Shown here: in pieces, positions 52,111 to 64,000 of the stretch
How the letters are laid out: each line of letters begins with the position of its first letter
Position numbering within the stretch: position 1 is the stretch's first letter
DNA from: Octopus vulgaris
Taxonomy: Eukaryota
Length of the DNA stretch: 64,000 nucleotides
Assembly: GCA_951406725.2 (NCBI GenBank)
Contig: OX597829.1
Location: 58,094,001-58,158,000 of the forward strand
Direction of reading: 5' to 3'
Notes under the pieces: model-generated
What the model saw: the letters and a program-made list of their open reading frames with translations, nothing else
The model's database searches: none
Told to the model about the DNA's origin: nothing
Program-made: the position numbers and the translations under genes

Positions 52111-52849
52111 TCAATTTATATATATATATATATATATCATCGTTTAATGTCTGTTTTCCATGCTAGCATGGATTGGCCGGTTTGACCGGTGTCTGGCTAG
52201 CCAGGCGGCTGCACCAGGCTCCAGTCTGATCTGGCTGTGTTTCTACAGCTGGATGCCCTTCCTAACGCCAACCACTCCACTCTGTGAGTGTAGCGGCACA
52301 AAGGCCAGAGGAGGCTGGCAACGACCACAATTGGTTGGTGCTTTTTACGTGCCACTGTGCTGGCATCGGCAAGAAACACAGAGCATCTTATGTACTGTAC
52401 TTAAGATAATTACAGTACCCACCTGAAACTGCTTCTGTCTCTGAGCACAAATGTTTTGTTTTCATAAGTTTTGAATTAAAATCTTCCACCATATCTTAGT
52501 CACAATTTATGTTCTTAACACTAGCTGGATGCCCTTCCTAACGCCAATCACTCCATGAGTGTAGTGGGTGCTTTTTACGTGCCACCAGCACAGGGACCAG
52601 AGGAGGCTGGCAACAGCCATGATTGGACAGTGCTTTTTATGTGCCACCGGCACGGAAACCAGCCAAGGCGGTGCTGGCATCGGCCACGATCGGTTGGTGC
52701 TTTTTTTGTGTCACTGGTACAGGGGCCAGAGGAGGCTGGCAACGACCACGATCAGTTGGTGTTTTTTACATGCCACCGCCACTGGGGCCGGAAATGGCTG
52801 GCAAGGGCCATAATTGGTTGGTGCTTTTTACATGCCACCAGCACGGACC

Positions 52850-53340
52850 TAACCCTAAGCCAGTCCTGGTCCTTTGAGGGAAGAACTAATTCACTCTTGG
52901 TCGATGAAGTATTGTGATCACAGGAAGTAAGCCATCAGTTTTTGTTAACCAATGTTAAGTATTTCTGCCCCACAATAACATACATCTGCTCCAGCTGTTC
53001 GGGGTAGAGGTGGACATTGATGGTTTGACCATCCAGAAAGGATTCCTGGTGAAGCATCCTGTCATAAATCCACCAGATGCAGAGCATCCCTTTGTGTTCA
53101 AATTGCTTGGTAACTGGCTCTTACTTAACCACTGCTTATGCGCATTAAGGACTGCTGAAAAATATTTCCCTTGGGCTATTGTGGTTGATGGCTCACTGCT
53201 TATGCTTGTGACACTTTGTGAACCAACAAGAAGTGGAGCTTCACTGGAGGGGTTCTTCACTTTGTCATACATGTGTGGGATCAAAGAACTGACAGGGTCG
53301 CTTACTTTAAATGCTCGGCTGCTTTTGTGGTAACTCGATG
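52850..53340 (-). mobile_element. Old degenerate mariner transposase fragment
   Basis: Minus strand, read across frameshifts: HKGMLCIWWIYDRMLHQES/GQTINVHLYPEQLEQMYVIVGQKYLTLVNKN, resembling mariner KVMLCVWW...TIN...QQL...LVNR. Confidence 0.7.
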
Positions 53341-53345
53341 AATTA

Positions 53346-53839
53346 CCTTAAATCCTTGAGTATAATCTGCATTTTCTTCCCAAAATTTAAAGGTCAAAAT
53401 CCCTAGTACGTACTATATACGAGGTAAAAATGGAAAATATTTTCTAAGCAATGTCCAAGTTTCTATTTGCTGTTCCGCAATGTTTATTCAGATGCATTTT
53501 GTGATGTCGAGCGTGAAAATACCTTAAGCTAAGCCTGAAAGCAATGAAATCATAAAAGAATCATCCATAACTTGCAGTAAGCAACATTTATTAAAATAAA
53601 AGTATTCAGAACACAGAATAATATGTAACAAAAACAATTTGCAAACATATTTACATTCCCATATAACAGTTAAGAACATCACCATTATTGTATCACGCAT
53701 GTGCGGAAGTGTTTACGCACAACTCAAGTTAGAGAAGGGGTGTGTATTATACACAAGGTTTAGGTTTTTCAATGGTACAGCCTCCTAAAAATCCCCTGCA
53801 TATTATACTGAAGGGCAGACTATACTCGAAGATTTACTG
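53346..53839 (-). mobile_element. pogo-type MITE
   Basis: TA-flanked TIRs, family of 4107-4614. Confidence 0.85.
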
Positions 53840-53901
53840 TAAGTTAGTAAAACACAGCGTAACTTTCCACTCAATACAATAATTTCTTCTTACAATGGTA
53901 G

Positions 53902-54064
53902 GCTGAAAGCTGAACTTGAGAAAAAAGACGTCGAACACGAAGAAGCTATCACAAATCTGAAATCTGAACAGGCTTTGCGGAACCAAGAATGGGAACGTCA
54001 ACTAAAGGAGAAATTTGCTGAGACTGCTGAAGAAATTGAACACTACAAAGCTGAGCAAAAAAAT
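53902..54064 (+). CDS. CDC42BPA: MRCK window exon 14 (coiled coil)
   Basis: tggtag|(R)LKAELEKKDVEHEEAITNLKSEQALRNQEWERQLKEKFAETAEEIEHYKAEQKN|gtaagt; 163 nt, phase 2-0. Confidence 0.92.
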
Positions 54065-54534
54065 GTAAGTTCTAAAGATTGTTTTGATATCTGTTGTCAG
54101 TATAAATATCATCATTATTATTTAGATTCTGTTTTCCATCCTGGAATGAGTTATGCTTATGGCCTTGCTCTTTTAGCTGAATCACGACCAGAACCAGAGA
54201 GGAAGTTCCAGGTATGGAAGCAAGGTCTTAAATTGAAGGGCCTTAAAGTTAACCTGAAATCCAGCTTCCAGGTATGGAAGCACTGTCTAAAATGAAAGGG
54301 CCTTAAAGTTAACATAAAATTGAAGGGCCTTAAAGATAAACCAAAGTCTTTGTAAGTAGGAAAGCAGACAAATCACAAATCCCTTCAGGTAGATGGCTCT
54401 GCTTGATCTGTAGAAACAGTCTAGGTAGAAATTTCATAAGATGTACCCAGTGTAAGTTATGGACACACAAGAGGTGCAGCAATATCAAAGGAAGGTTAAT
54501 TGGGAAGATAGTGTGTGGAGGGTTCGCTGAGACT

Positions 54535-54820
54535 CCCTTTGGTCATGACTGACTATGGGATAGCACTTCTAAAGTTACCCTCCCAGGCACAACTCTGGGC
54601 AAGGTTGTTTATGGAAGACCAGCAGTCGCCCATGTATACTGGCGTCCCCTCTTCATGCCACCAGTGTTATCCAAGGGAAAGGCAAAGGGGCCGAACTGGA
54701 GCAATGTGAAATAGTGTCTTGCTCAAGAACACAACACACAACCCAGTCCGGGATTCGAACTCACAACCTCACAATCGTAAGCTCGACGCTCTAACCACTG
54801 AGCCATGCACCTTCACGAGG
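54535..54820 (-). mobile_element. tRNA-headed SINE joined to an RTE-5'-like segment
   Basis: Minus strand tggctcagtggttagagc...gagttcgaatcc; related segments at 61120-61370, 61870-62030 and 62385-62530. Confidence 0.6.
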
Positions 54821-55804
54821 TAAAATTATGTTCACAGGTACAATTAACACTGAAGCAGCCTAGTATTTAAAGTAGGGGCCATCATGTTACACTATCTGAA
54901 GCCACCCTCCTGTCACTTGAAGGTTCACAGGTACAATTAACACTAAAGCAGCCTAGCATATAAAGTAGGGGCCATTGTGGTACACTGTCTGAAGCCACCC
55001 TCCTGTCACTGGAGGTTTCACATGTCTTATTAGGCAATGACAAAAGACCGAGACTTCTGGAGATACGCTGTGACTGCAAAGACTCAACAAATAACATGAG
55101 TTCATGGCTGTTTCCTGCACCAGCTTCACATAGCAGCCCCAGCCCATCCAAAGTACCTTGGATCGCAGGACGGCCTGGTGTGCTTACCTTGGATCGTAGG
55201 GTGACCTGCTGTGCTTGAGACCTATTGAGTCAAGTATGTCAACATCAAATAAAAATGAAATGGAAATTGTAGTTGGGATACCTGTGCCAGTGGCACATAA
55301 AAAGCACCATCCGAACAGTAGCTGGTCGATTTGCTCGACTAAAGGCGGTGCTCCAGCATGGCAGCAGTCAAATGACTAAAACAAACGAAGAGACGAAGTC
55401 TGGTGCCCCGAGGAGCAGCTTCATATGGTACCAGGACTCTTTGCAGATTACAGGTTACTATCAGTTAGATTATCAAGACACTGCTTGGAGGATTCCCCAA
55501 CAGAGGTTTTTGTCGTCAGATCTCTGATTAAGCCTGTCTCTCTCTCTCATTGCGACACTGCTTGGTGGCTCCCTAAAATGAGCTGAGTAAATACTGACAA
55601 ATGGTTCATGCCCCTATATTTGACCTGGCCTAAGAATTCACTGCCACCTTTGTCAAATCAGTGGTGTGTGATATGGAACTAGCTTCCCAACCATATAGTT
55701 CTGGGTTCAGCCCCATTGTGTGCCACCTTGGGTAAGGGTCTTCTGTTATAGCACTTGGGTTGACCAACAACATGTCTGTGTGTTTGGTAGACAGACACTG
55801 AAGG

Positions 55805-56240
55805 ACAGTGGCAAGCTGGCAGAAATGTTAGCACGGCGTGCGAAATGCTTAGTGGTGTTTCGTCTGCTGTTACGTTCTGAGTTCAAATTCTGCCCAGGTC
55901 GACTTTGCCTTTCATCCTTTCGGGGTCAATAAATTAAGTACCAGTTATGCACTGGGGTCGATATAATCAACTTAATCCCTTTGTCTGTCCTTATTTAGCC
56001 CTTGTGAGCAATAAAGAAATAAGAAATGTTAGCACACCGAATACTTAGTGGTGTGTCATCTGCCATTACGTTCTGGGTTCAAATTCCATTGAGGTCGACT
56101 TTGCCTTTCATCCTTTCGGGGTCGATAAATTAAGTACCAGTTATGCGCTGGAGTCAGTGTAATCGACTAAATCCTTTTGTCTGTCCTTGTTTGTCCCCTC
56201 TATGTTTAGCCCCTTGTGGGCAATAAAGAAATAAGAAACT
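55805..56240 (+). mobile_element. Tandem pair of a third SINE family with Meta/Nin-like central motif
   Basis: gtcgactttgcctttcatcctttcggggtcgataaattaagtacc; inverted tandem pair at 60100-60480. Confidence 0.7.
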
Positions 56241-56462
56241 GAAAGCAGACTGTTGTGTGTGTACACGTTTGTGTTCGTCCTTCACTGGTTTGACAACTGG
56301 TGCTGGTGTGTTTATATCGCCATAGCAGTTAAGTACCCTAGCATGATCGCAGTCTAATGAGTAAAACACGGGAGGCAGGAGATAATAATTAAGACCCTTT
56401 GAAATCTGTTCCTTTGTGATATTGTTTTGAATGCTAAAAGCAATTTTTAATTATTTTTTCAG

Positions 56463-56587
56463 CAACAAAAATTATTTGCTTTCCTAATGAAAGAAAAATC
56501 ACAGCTGGAACAAGAATTTAATGATATGTACGACAAGAGGGAATCCGTAGCACAATGGGAAGCCCAGATATCTGAAATCATTAAATG
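56463..56587 (+). CDS. CDC42BPA: MRCK window exon 15
   Basis: tttcag|QQKLFAFLMKEKSQLEQEFNDMYDKRESVAQWEAQISEIIK|gtgagt; 125 nt, phase 0-2. Confidence 0.95.
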
Positions 56588-57454
56588 GTGAGTAATTGTC
56601 TTTCTTAACTGGTTTTGTGTTTTAAATTTATGAACATATCTAACCTTGTGGCCTATGCCAGGGGTGTAACCAGTCCACTTATGTGTACCTTTCCTTCATT
56701 GGACACTAAACTCTGCTTGTAAAGACCTGTTGAGGCAACTGAAATTGAAATCAAATTCGAAGAGGTAGACCCAGGAAGACTTGGGATGAAGTGGTGAAGC
56801 ATGACCTTCGAACATTAGGCCTCACCAAGGAAATGACTAGTGACGGAGACCTTTGAAAATATGCTGTGCTTGAGAAGACCCTGCAAGCCAAATGAGACCA
56901 TAACCCTTGGCCTAATCCAGGGGTGTAACCAGCCCACTTACGTGTACTTTTCCTTCATTGGACACTAAACTCTGCTTGCGAAGACCTGTTGAAGCAAGTG
57001 AAATTGAAATCAAATTTAATGACTGGCATCCGTGCTTGTGGAGTGCTAAGAGTACTATACGAGCGAGATCGTTGCCAGAGCAACAAGCTGGCTTCCGTGC
57101 CGATGGCATGTAAAAGAAACACTATTCAAGCTCGATCATTACCTACGTCACCTTACTGGCACTTGTGCTGGTGGCACGTGAAAAAACATTCGAGCGAGGT
57201 CGTTACCAGTGCTGCTGGACTGGCTCCTGTGCAGGTGGCACAGAAAAAGCACCATTTGAATGTGGCTGTTGCCAGTACCGCCTGACTGGCCCTTATGTCG
57301 GTGGCACGTAAAAGCACGTCGTATATATGTATATATTGGATGTGGCATGCAAGAGAGACGTTTGCGCTGGTATGGTCATATACTACTGATGGATGAGGTG
57401 AGATGTGTGAAGAAGTGCCACTCCCAAATAGTGGAAGGAATCCGGGGTATAGGT

Positions 57455-58185
57455 AGAAGTTATTTCATGTTGAAGTTGTCATATTTTGGTAATTTCAACC
57501 AATCAATGACGTGTATTCAGCTGACTAAAATTACTGCTGTTCTTTGTCAACAACTTCTGGCACTGTATTTTTCGTTTGTCACTGTTATTTATGACATATT
57601 TCATCTCAGTTACGTTTGTATGAATAAACGAGTGTATCTGAGGCATGTTTACTCCATGGTGCCACCACAATCGTTTGTGCATTTCTACTGCTTTTAGTTT
57701 TTTTTTTCCTATTTTTCAGCTATTTTCGGAAATACTTTTTTGCCACCCCTACCCCTCCAATGTCTTCTTTTTTTTAATTTTTTTTCTGTAATTCTAACCC
57801 TAACTCAAACCCTAACCCTAAATCTAAACCCCTAAACCTAACCCTGGCCCTAAAACCCTAACTCTAGCCCTAAAACTCTAACCCTAAAAACTTAAAGCTA
57901 AAACCAGTACAAACGCACAAACGATGTCAGTAATAAAAATGCACCTCCGGAAGTTGTTGACAAACAACGGCAGTAATTTTATTCAGCTGAATACACGTCA
58001 TTGATTGGTTCAAATTACTGAAATATAACAACTTTAACATGAAATAACTTCTAAAAGACAAAACTTTGTCAAAAACTTTAAGAGTAAAGGATGTTTTATA
58101 TGACACATTCTACCAGTGTCCGAAGTTTCAAAGCACTTAGTTGCAAAATATTAATTTCTCCATCTGCCGTTCAAAGGGAAAAGAT
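57455..58185. mobile_element. Foldback-like repeat with internal (CCCTAA)n-like array
   Basis: 57455-57700 is largely the reverse complement of 57895-58050; array at 57790-57900. Confidence 0.75.
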
Positions 58186-58450
58186 TGCTGCAGTAATCCA
58201 GCATGGCCACAGTCATATGATTTCAACAAGCAAAAGCGAAAAAGATAAGTGGTCTTGTCTTTGATTAAAAACTTCCAAGGTGGGTGCCCCAGCATGGCCA
58301 AATTGAAATGAGTAAAACATTTAAAATTGCTTGAAATTTATTCAAATACCTCTGCTATAAATTTCAGTTGCGCTAACATTATTCTCCATTTTTAATTAAA
58401 TAGAAATGATATTTAACATCTTGATCTTTTATTATTTTTCTACAACATAG

Positions 58451-58547
58451 GGTTAGTGAAGAAAAGGACGCTCGTGGATATTTACAGGCTTTGGCTACCA
58501 AGATGACCGAGGAGTTAGAGAATTTGAAAGTGATGGGCGAGGATTCT
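58451..58547 (+). CDS. CDC42BPA: MRCK window exon 16
   Basis: acatag|(W)VSEEKDARGYLQALATKMTEELENLKVMGEDS|gtaagt; 97 nt, phase 2-0. Confidence 0.96.
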
Positions 58548-59816
58548 GTAAGTTACACAATAATTTCTATAGTTTGTCCAGAAAGTAATGGGTTAACCCC
58601 TTAATGGATCAATTATTTTGACATGGCGTTTCATTTCAGAGCATATTTATTTCTTTTCTTTTTTAATTATACACACCGTGTTAATTACAAAAAATAGTTT
58701 GTTTTTTTTTATTATAAAAATTAAAATGTACTTTTACTCATTTGGATTTAAACGAGTTTACTCGGACATTGAAAAAATACATACAACTTAACGTTCTTCT
58801 TTTTTCTAAGATGTATTGCTTTTAAATGGAAGGAAAATTTTTTAAAAATGAGACAGTTTATTTAGAATGTTGTTACAGCCATCTCTTTCAGTCTGGAATA
58901 ACAAAAAGTGGAAGGTCAGCGTGACTTCGCCCCCAACCCACCCTTTAAAAAAATTTTTTTGTTTTTTGACAAAAAACCCCATTTTTGGCTACAGAGAAAA
59001 TGAATCTGCAAAAGAAAATTGGCAAAAATCAACATTTCTAAATTACCACCCCCACCCCTATTTCCTTCATTTTAAACTTTTTTCAGAATTTTTTTTCTCA
59101 AAATGTGGAAAAATACAGACATTATGATTTGGACAAAAATTTCAAAACACTTCTGTACTTACTGTTAAGGTTTTAGGGTTAGGGTTAAGGATAGGGTTTT
59201 AGGGTTATGGTTATGGTTTTAGGGTTAAGATTAGGGTTAGGGTTTTAGAGTTAGTTTTGGGGGAAAAGGTTAAAATTGAAGAAGTTGGTGGGGAAATTTT
59301 CACAATGCTGATTTTTGGCAATTTTCCAGAACCTCCGTATCTGAAAATGGGGATTTTTGGCAAAAATAAATTCTAAAAATAAACACATTTGGGAGAAAAT
59401 AGGGGTGGGGGTGACAGACAGAAGTCTTTCCTTAGTTATTGGGTGTGTTCAAAGTTTTGTTACAGCCATCTTGTTCATAGATTTCAAGTCTCATATGCAA
59501 ACTAGTTAGTTGTGACAAGCAGTGTTTAGTAAGGTGTGTTCATAGAGCTATTACAGCTGCCTTCTTCAGGCTGGAATAACAAAAAGTGGCAGGTCAGCTT
59601 ATTTATTAGTAACAGTGTGTGTTCAAAGTGTTGTTACAGCCATCTCTAACAAAAAGTGGTAGGTCACCTTATTTGATATATAGTAATTATATACGAAAAT
59701 TACAATTATAACAGTCTCTAGACTTCTGGCATGCACCTTGTTCGTTCAAATATTATTGAGAAAATGTTTATATATATTGCATAAGTAAAGATGAGTTTAA
59801 ATATATTTGTTTCCAG

Positions 59817-59968
59817 GGCCGGAATCGTTGGCGCAACAGAAGATCTCAACGACTTGACAAGATGGAGATTTTGAATCTGCAGTCGAGTTTACAAAATGAG
59901 ATTCAAGCAAAGCAGCAAATTAGTGAAGAATTAACGAAATCAAAGGCAAATCAAGTGGCAACGGAAAA
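59817..59968 (+). CDS. CDC42BPA: MRCK window exon 17 (DMPK-type coiled coil)
   Basis: ttccag|GRNRWRNRRSQRLDKMEILNLQSSLQNEIQAKQQISEELTKSKANQVATE|gtatgt; 152 nt, phase 0-2. Confidence 0.96.
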
Positions 59969-60895
59969 GTATGTATCACTGTTCTTTCTTTTTCAAACGG
60001 CCTTCGTCCTGCATTTCGTTTCTCTTCTATCCAGCGCATTTCCTTTCACAAACACTACTCACACCACGTCGCTCCCAGCTGCACTCTTGTTTCTTTCCTA
60101 CACACAGAGGGGACAAACAAGGACAGACAAATGGATTAAGTTGATTACATCAGCCCCAGTGCGTAACTGGTACTTAATTTATAGACCCCCGAAAGGATGA
60201 AAGGAAAAGTCGACCTTGGTGGAATTTGAACTCAAAACGTAGCGGCAGACGAACTACCGCTAAGCATTTTGCTCTGTGTATTAACGTTTCTTATTTCTTT
60301 ATTGCCCACAAAGGGCTACAAACAGAGGGGACAAACAAGGACAGACAAAGGGATTGAGTCTATTATATCGACCTCAATGCGTAAGTGGTACTTATTTAAT
60401 TGACCCCCGAAAGGATGAAAAGCAAAGTCGACCTCAGCGGAATTTGATCTCAGAACGTAACGGCAGACGAAATACCACTGAGTCTTTTGTGAAGGAATAG
60501 ATGTGTCCATAAGAGAAATGCCAAGGGACTGTTTATTCATTATTAAAGCTTTACCTGAAATAAGTGCTTGTATTTGCGAGGAACCGAGGGTATCAGATGT
60601 AATGGAAAGCTTTCTTGCACAACAATCAAAAATCTCAAAGAGGTAATTACACCAACACATAACACCTCCAATCATATAAGCACCCTCCACACAATCCACA
60701 TCTCACCATTCTTTGAAATGACTAAATATGAACTACCATTGGAACTTATACACCATATACAAAAAACTTTTTTTACCACTTCTATACATCATTTTTCTCA
60801 AATAAAGGCACTACAGTATCTTTATACATCTTATTTCTACTTTCATTCTATTATTTCCCTCTTTTCCACAATAATTCAAACTCATTTTCTCACAC

Positions 60896-60945
60896 CATCT
60901 CTGATGAAGGGACATTCATAATATTCCAGAAACAGCTGTAAAGCT
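60896..60945 (+). ncRNA. Minimal hammerhead-like motif
   Basis: CTGATGA a gggacatt cat aatattcc a GAAA C agct G TA; weak stem I. Confidence 0.45.
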
Positions 60946-61010
60946 ATTTCATTATAAATGTCCTGAAAACTCATCACAACTTTCAATTTGTTATCTCATT
61001 CTATCTAATG

Positions 61011-61013
<3 letters not shown>

Positions 61014-61075
<62 letters not shown>
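61014..61075. repeat. (CA)n microsatellite
   Basis: About 30 near-perfect units. Confidence 0.97.
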
Positions 61076-61106
<31 letters not shown>

Positions 61107-62750
61107 CATATATATATGTGGAGGCACGTAGTTTAGTGGTTAGGGTGTTAGCATCATGATCGTAAGATTGTGGTTTCGATTCCTGGACCAGATGACGCGT
61201 TGTGTTCTTAAGCAAAACACTTCATTTCACGTTGTCCAGTCCACTCAGCTGGCAAAAATGAGTAGCGCTGCGATGGACTGGCGTCCCGTCCAGATGGGGA
61301 ACACATACGCCATTGAAACCGGGCCCATGAGCCTGTCTAGGCTTTAAAAGGGTGCAATTATTTATTTATTATATATATATAAAATTACAAACATTTTTAT
61401 AATTAGGGTTCAGCAAAATTTGCTTCACCACATACCAAAATTTAGAAATAGCAGTTAAATACTATTCTGCTACCATAAGATATCTCCCAGACAGCAATAT
61501 CCTACAACTCATGCAGGCAAAGAGAAAAAAATAACAAATCCACCCGGCTTTGATAAACTATTGTTTTATTCTATTACTTGTTTCAATCATTTGACTGCAG
61601 CCATGCTGGAGCACCGCCTTTAGTCAAACAAATCAATCCCAGGTCTTATTCTATCGGTCTCTTTTGCCAAAACCGCTAAGTTACGGGGACGTGAACACAC
61701 CTGCATCAGTTGTCAAGCGATGTTGGGGGACACAAACACACACACACACATACGACGGGCTTCTTTCAGTTTCCGTCTACCAAATCCACTCACAAGATAT
61801 TCATTCGGTCAAGCACCATTGAATAGTCTAATATCCAAAAACCAATAGTTCCGAATTCATATAGACAAGTAAGATTGTGGTTTCGATTCCTGGACCAGAT
61901 GACGTGCTGTGTTCTTGAGCAAAACACTTCATTTCACGTTGCTCCAGTCCACTCAGCTGGTAAAAAATTAGTAACGCCGCGATAGACTGGCGTCCCGTCC
62001 AGATGGGGAACACATATGCCATTGAAACCACGTGTGTTAAGAGTAATTCCGCAGAAACTGCAGTTTACTATCAGGGAAAGAATAATATTATCAATAATAA
62101 TAAAGGGTAAAATTAATTAATCAATTTATAATTACTAATTTTACCAATTAGGTTAGTATGTTAAAAGAACCATTATCGTTAAACTTATACAAAATTTTTT
62201 ATAATTATAAGCATAATTATAATTAGGGTTTAGCAAAATTGCTTCACCACACAATGAAATTTAGAAATAGCAGTTAAATATTATTCTACTACCATAAGAT
62301 ATCTCTCAAAAAATACCAAAGCAATAATAACACCGATGCATAAAGCCTCCAGTCATATAAACACCCTCCATGCAATCCCTAACTGACCATGGGATTGCAC
62401 CTAGAAAGTTACCGTCCCAGGGGCACAAGTCCGGGCAAGGTTGTTTATGGAAGGCCAGCAGTCGCCCACTCCATGCCACCAATGTTATCCAAGGGAAAGG
62501 CAAAGGGGCCAAACTAGAGCTTAGCACCAGTGATATTCTACAGCTGAGTTAACATAATTCCTCATCTTTCTTAAATAAAGAACTGAATAATGATGATGAT
62601 AATAATATTAATATTAATAATAATAATAATAACATCGAAAAATACCTTAGGAATGAGAACTCTTCCTCATTTCTTAAATATAAAACTGTATCACTATTTC
62701 GTTACAAATGTGTGTGTATATATTAAATTTCTCTTTTGTTATTCATCTAG

Positions 62751-62851
62751 CAAACTTCAGGAATATGAAACTGAACTTCGGAAATTAAGAGAAGAATTAA
62801 AACAGATGAAAGATTACAGGCTTTTAACTGGAGAAAAACCTGAGTCCAAAA
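62751..62851 (+). CDS. CDC42BPA: MRCK window exon 18
   Basis: atctag|(N)KLQEYETELRKLREELKQMKDYRLLTGEKPESK|gtacgt; 101 nt, phase 2-1. Confidence 0.88.
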
Positions 62852-62984
62852 GTACGTATATTTATATCTGTATCTATATATTTATATATGTAGATATATA
62901 TTTTTCCCTCCCCGCTCCTGCAGCTTGATCCTCTCCTCCCATATTAATTGTATGATTACTATCTTGTCCACTCATCACCATATA

Positions 62985-63875
62985 CCATAAATCCTCGAAT
63001 ATAGTCTGCCCTTGAGTATAATATGCAGGGGATTTTTAGGGGCTGTACTTCTGAAAAACCTAAACCTTGTGTATAATACGCACCCTTTCTCTAACTTGAA
63101 TCAAAGAGGTCTATATAACGTCCTTGGTTTGTAAAAATGTATATGGTAACGTCCTTTATTATTGCCTTCTTTATCTTTGGTATCTGTTTAATTTCATTTC
63201 TATTTCTTCTCCATAACCTGACATTGCTTTCTTCAACATCAAATTTTCTTCCGGCAGCCCTATTACCCTGCTCTTCAACATGTGATATAACTTCAAGTTT
63301 AAACATAGCTGAATAAGATCTATGAGGCATTTTATGGGCATGTAATGTATAAAATGTTTTATTGGAGATTAATGTACAGGTTTAAGTCCTGCTTATAAAC
63401 AAAACCCTAGTAAAGACCCACAGTAGTTCAAACTTTTAATACTGGTATTTAATTATCGTTTGCCATGGTAATGATGCAACCTGCCAATACAAACAGCAGG
63501 AGGAACTATTTAGCGCTAAACTATTAAGCACAATAATGGTGATGTTTTTAACAGTTATATGAGAATGTAAATATGTTTTCAATTGTTTTTGTTACATATT
63601 ATTCTGTGTTCTGAATACTTTTATTTTAATAAATGTTGCTTATTGCAAGTTATGGATGATTCTTTTATGACTTCATTGCTTTCAGGCTTAGCTTAAGGTA
63701 TTTTCACGCCCGACATCACAAAATGCATCTGAATAAACATTGCTGGACAGCAAACAAAGACTCGGACATTGCTTAGAAAATATTTTTCATTTTTAACCTC
63801 ATATATAGTACGCATTAGGGATTTTGACCTTTAAATTTTGGAGAAAATATGCGGATTGTACTTGAGGATTTACGG
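62985..63875 (-). mobile_element. pogo-type transposon deletion derivative retaining a Brinker/POGK-like DNA-binding domain
   Basis: TA-flanked TIRs; ORF 63091-63330 MPHRSYSAMFKLEVISHVEEQGNRAAGRKFDVEESNVRLWRR. Confidence 0.88.
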
Positions 63876-64000
63876 TACTGGTATTTCACCCGGCACAACA
63901 ACCCTCTACCCCTTCAATTTCATGTCTTCTCTATTTATGTACCCCGGGTAGTTATCATTGTATGTACATTCATATCTTTGTGCTTTTAGAGTATGCCCTG

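Noticed and set aside
52955-53333. Nested novel gene (overlapping 109-aa and 107-aa ORFs)
   Set aside because: Minus-strand reading across frameshifts matches a decayed mariner transposase

Overview
AT-rich animal genomic DNA; the SINE, RTE and microsatellite landscape suggests Octopus (inference). One host gene spans the whole window on the + strand: 18 internal exons (581-62851, 2311 coding nt, all GT-AG, reading frame continuous across every junction) of an MRCK / CDC42-binding protein kinase (CDC42BPA/B, Drosophila gek family). They cover most of the kinase domain, the AGC C-terminal tail and the long coiled coil; start and stop codons lie outside the window. The introns are dense in transposable elements: tRNA-derived SINEs, RTE LINEs, several Penelope-like element (PLE) families, mariner, pogo, piggyBac and Helitron-like elements, foldbacks and microsatellites. 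The most notable unexplained signal is a set of hammerhead-ribozyme (HHR) motifs from about six distinct repeat families. One family joins a tRNA-like Pol III head to a minimal dimer-type HHR and forms a sense-strand tandem array about 90 nt upstream of an MRCK splice acceptor. All calls were read by eye; repeat boundaries are approximate.
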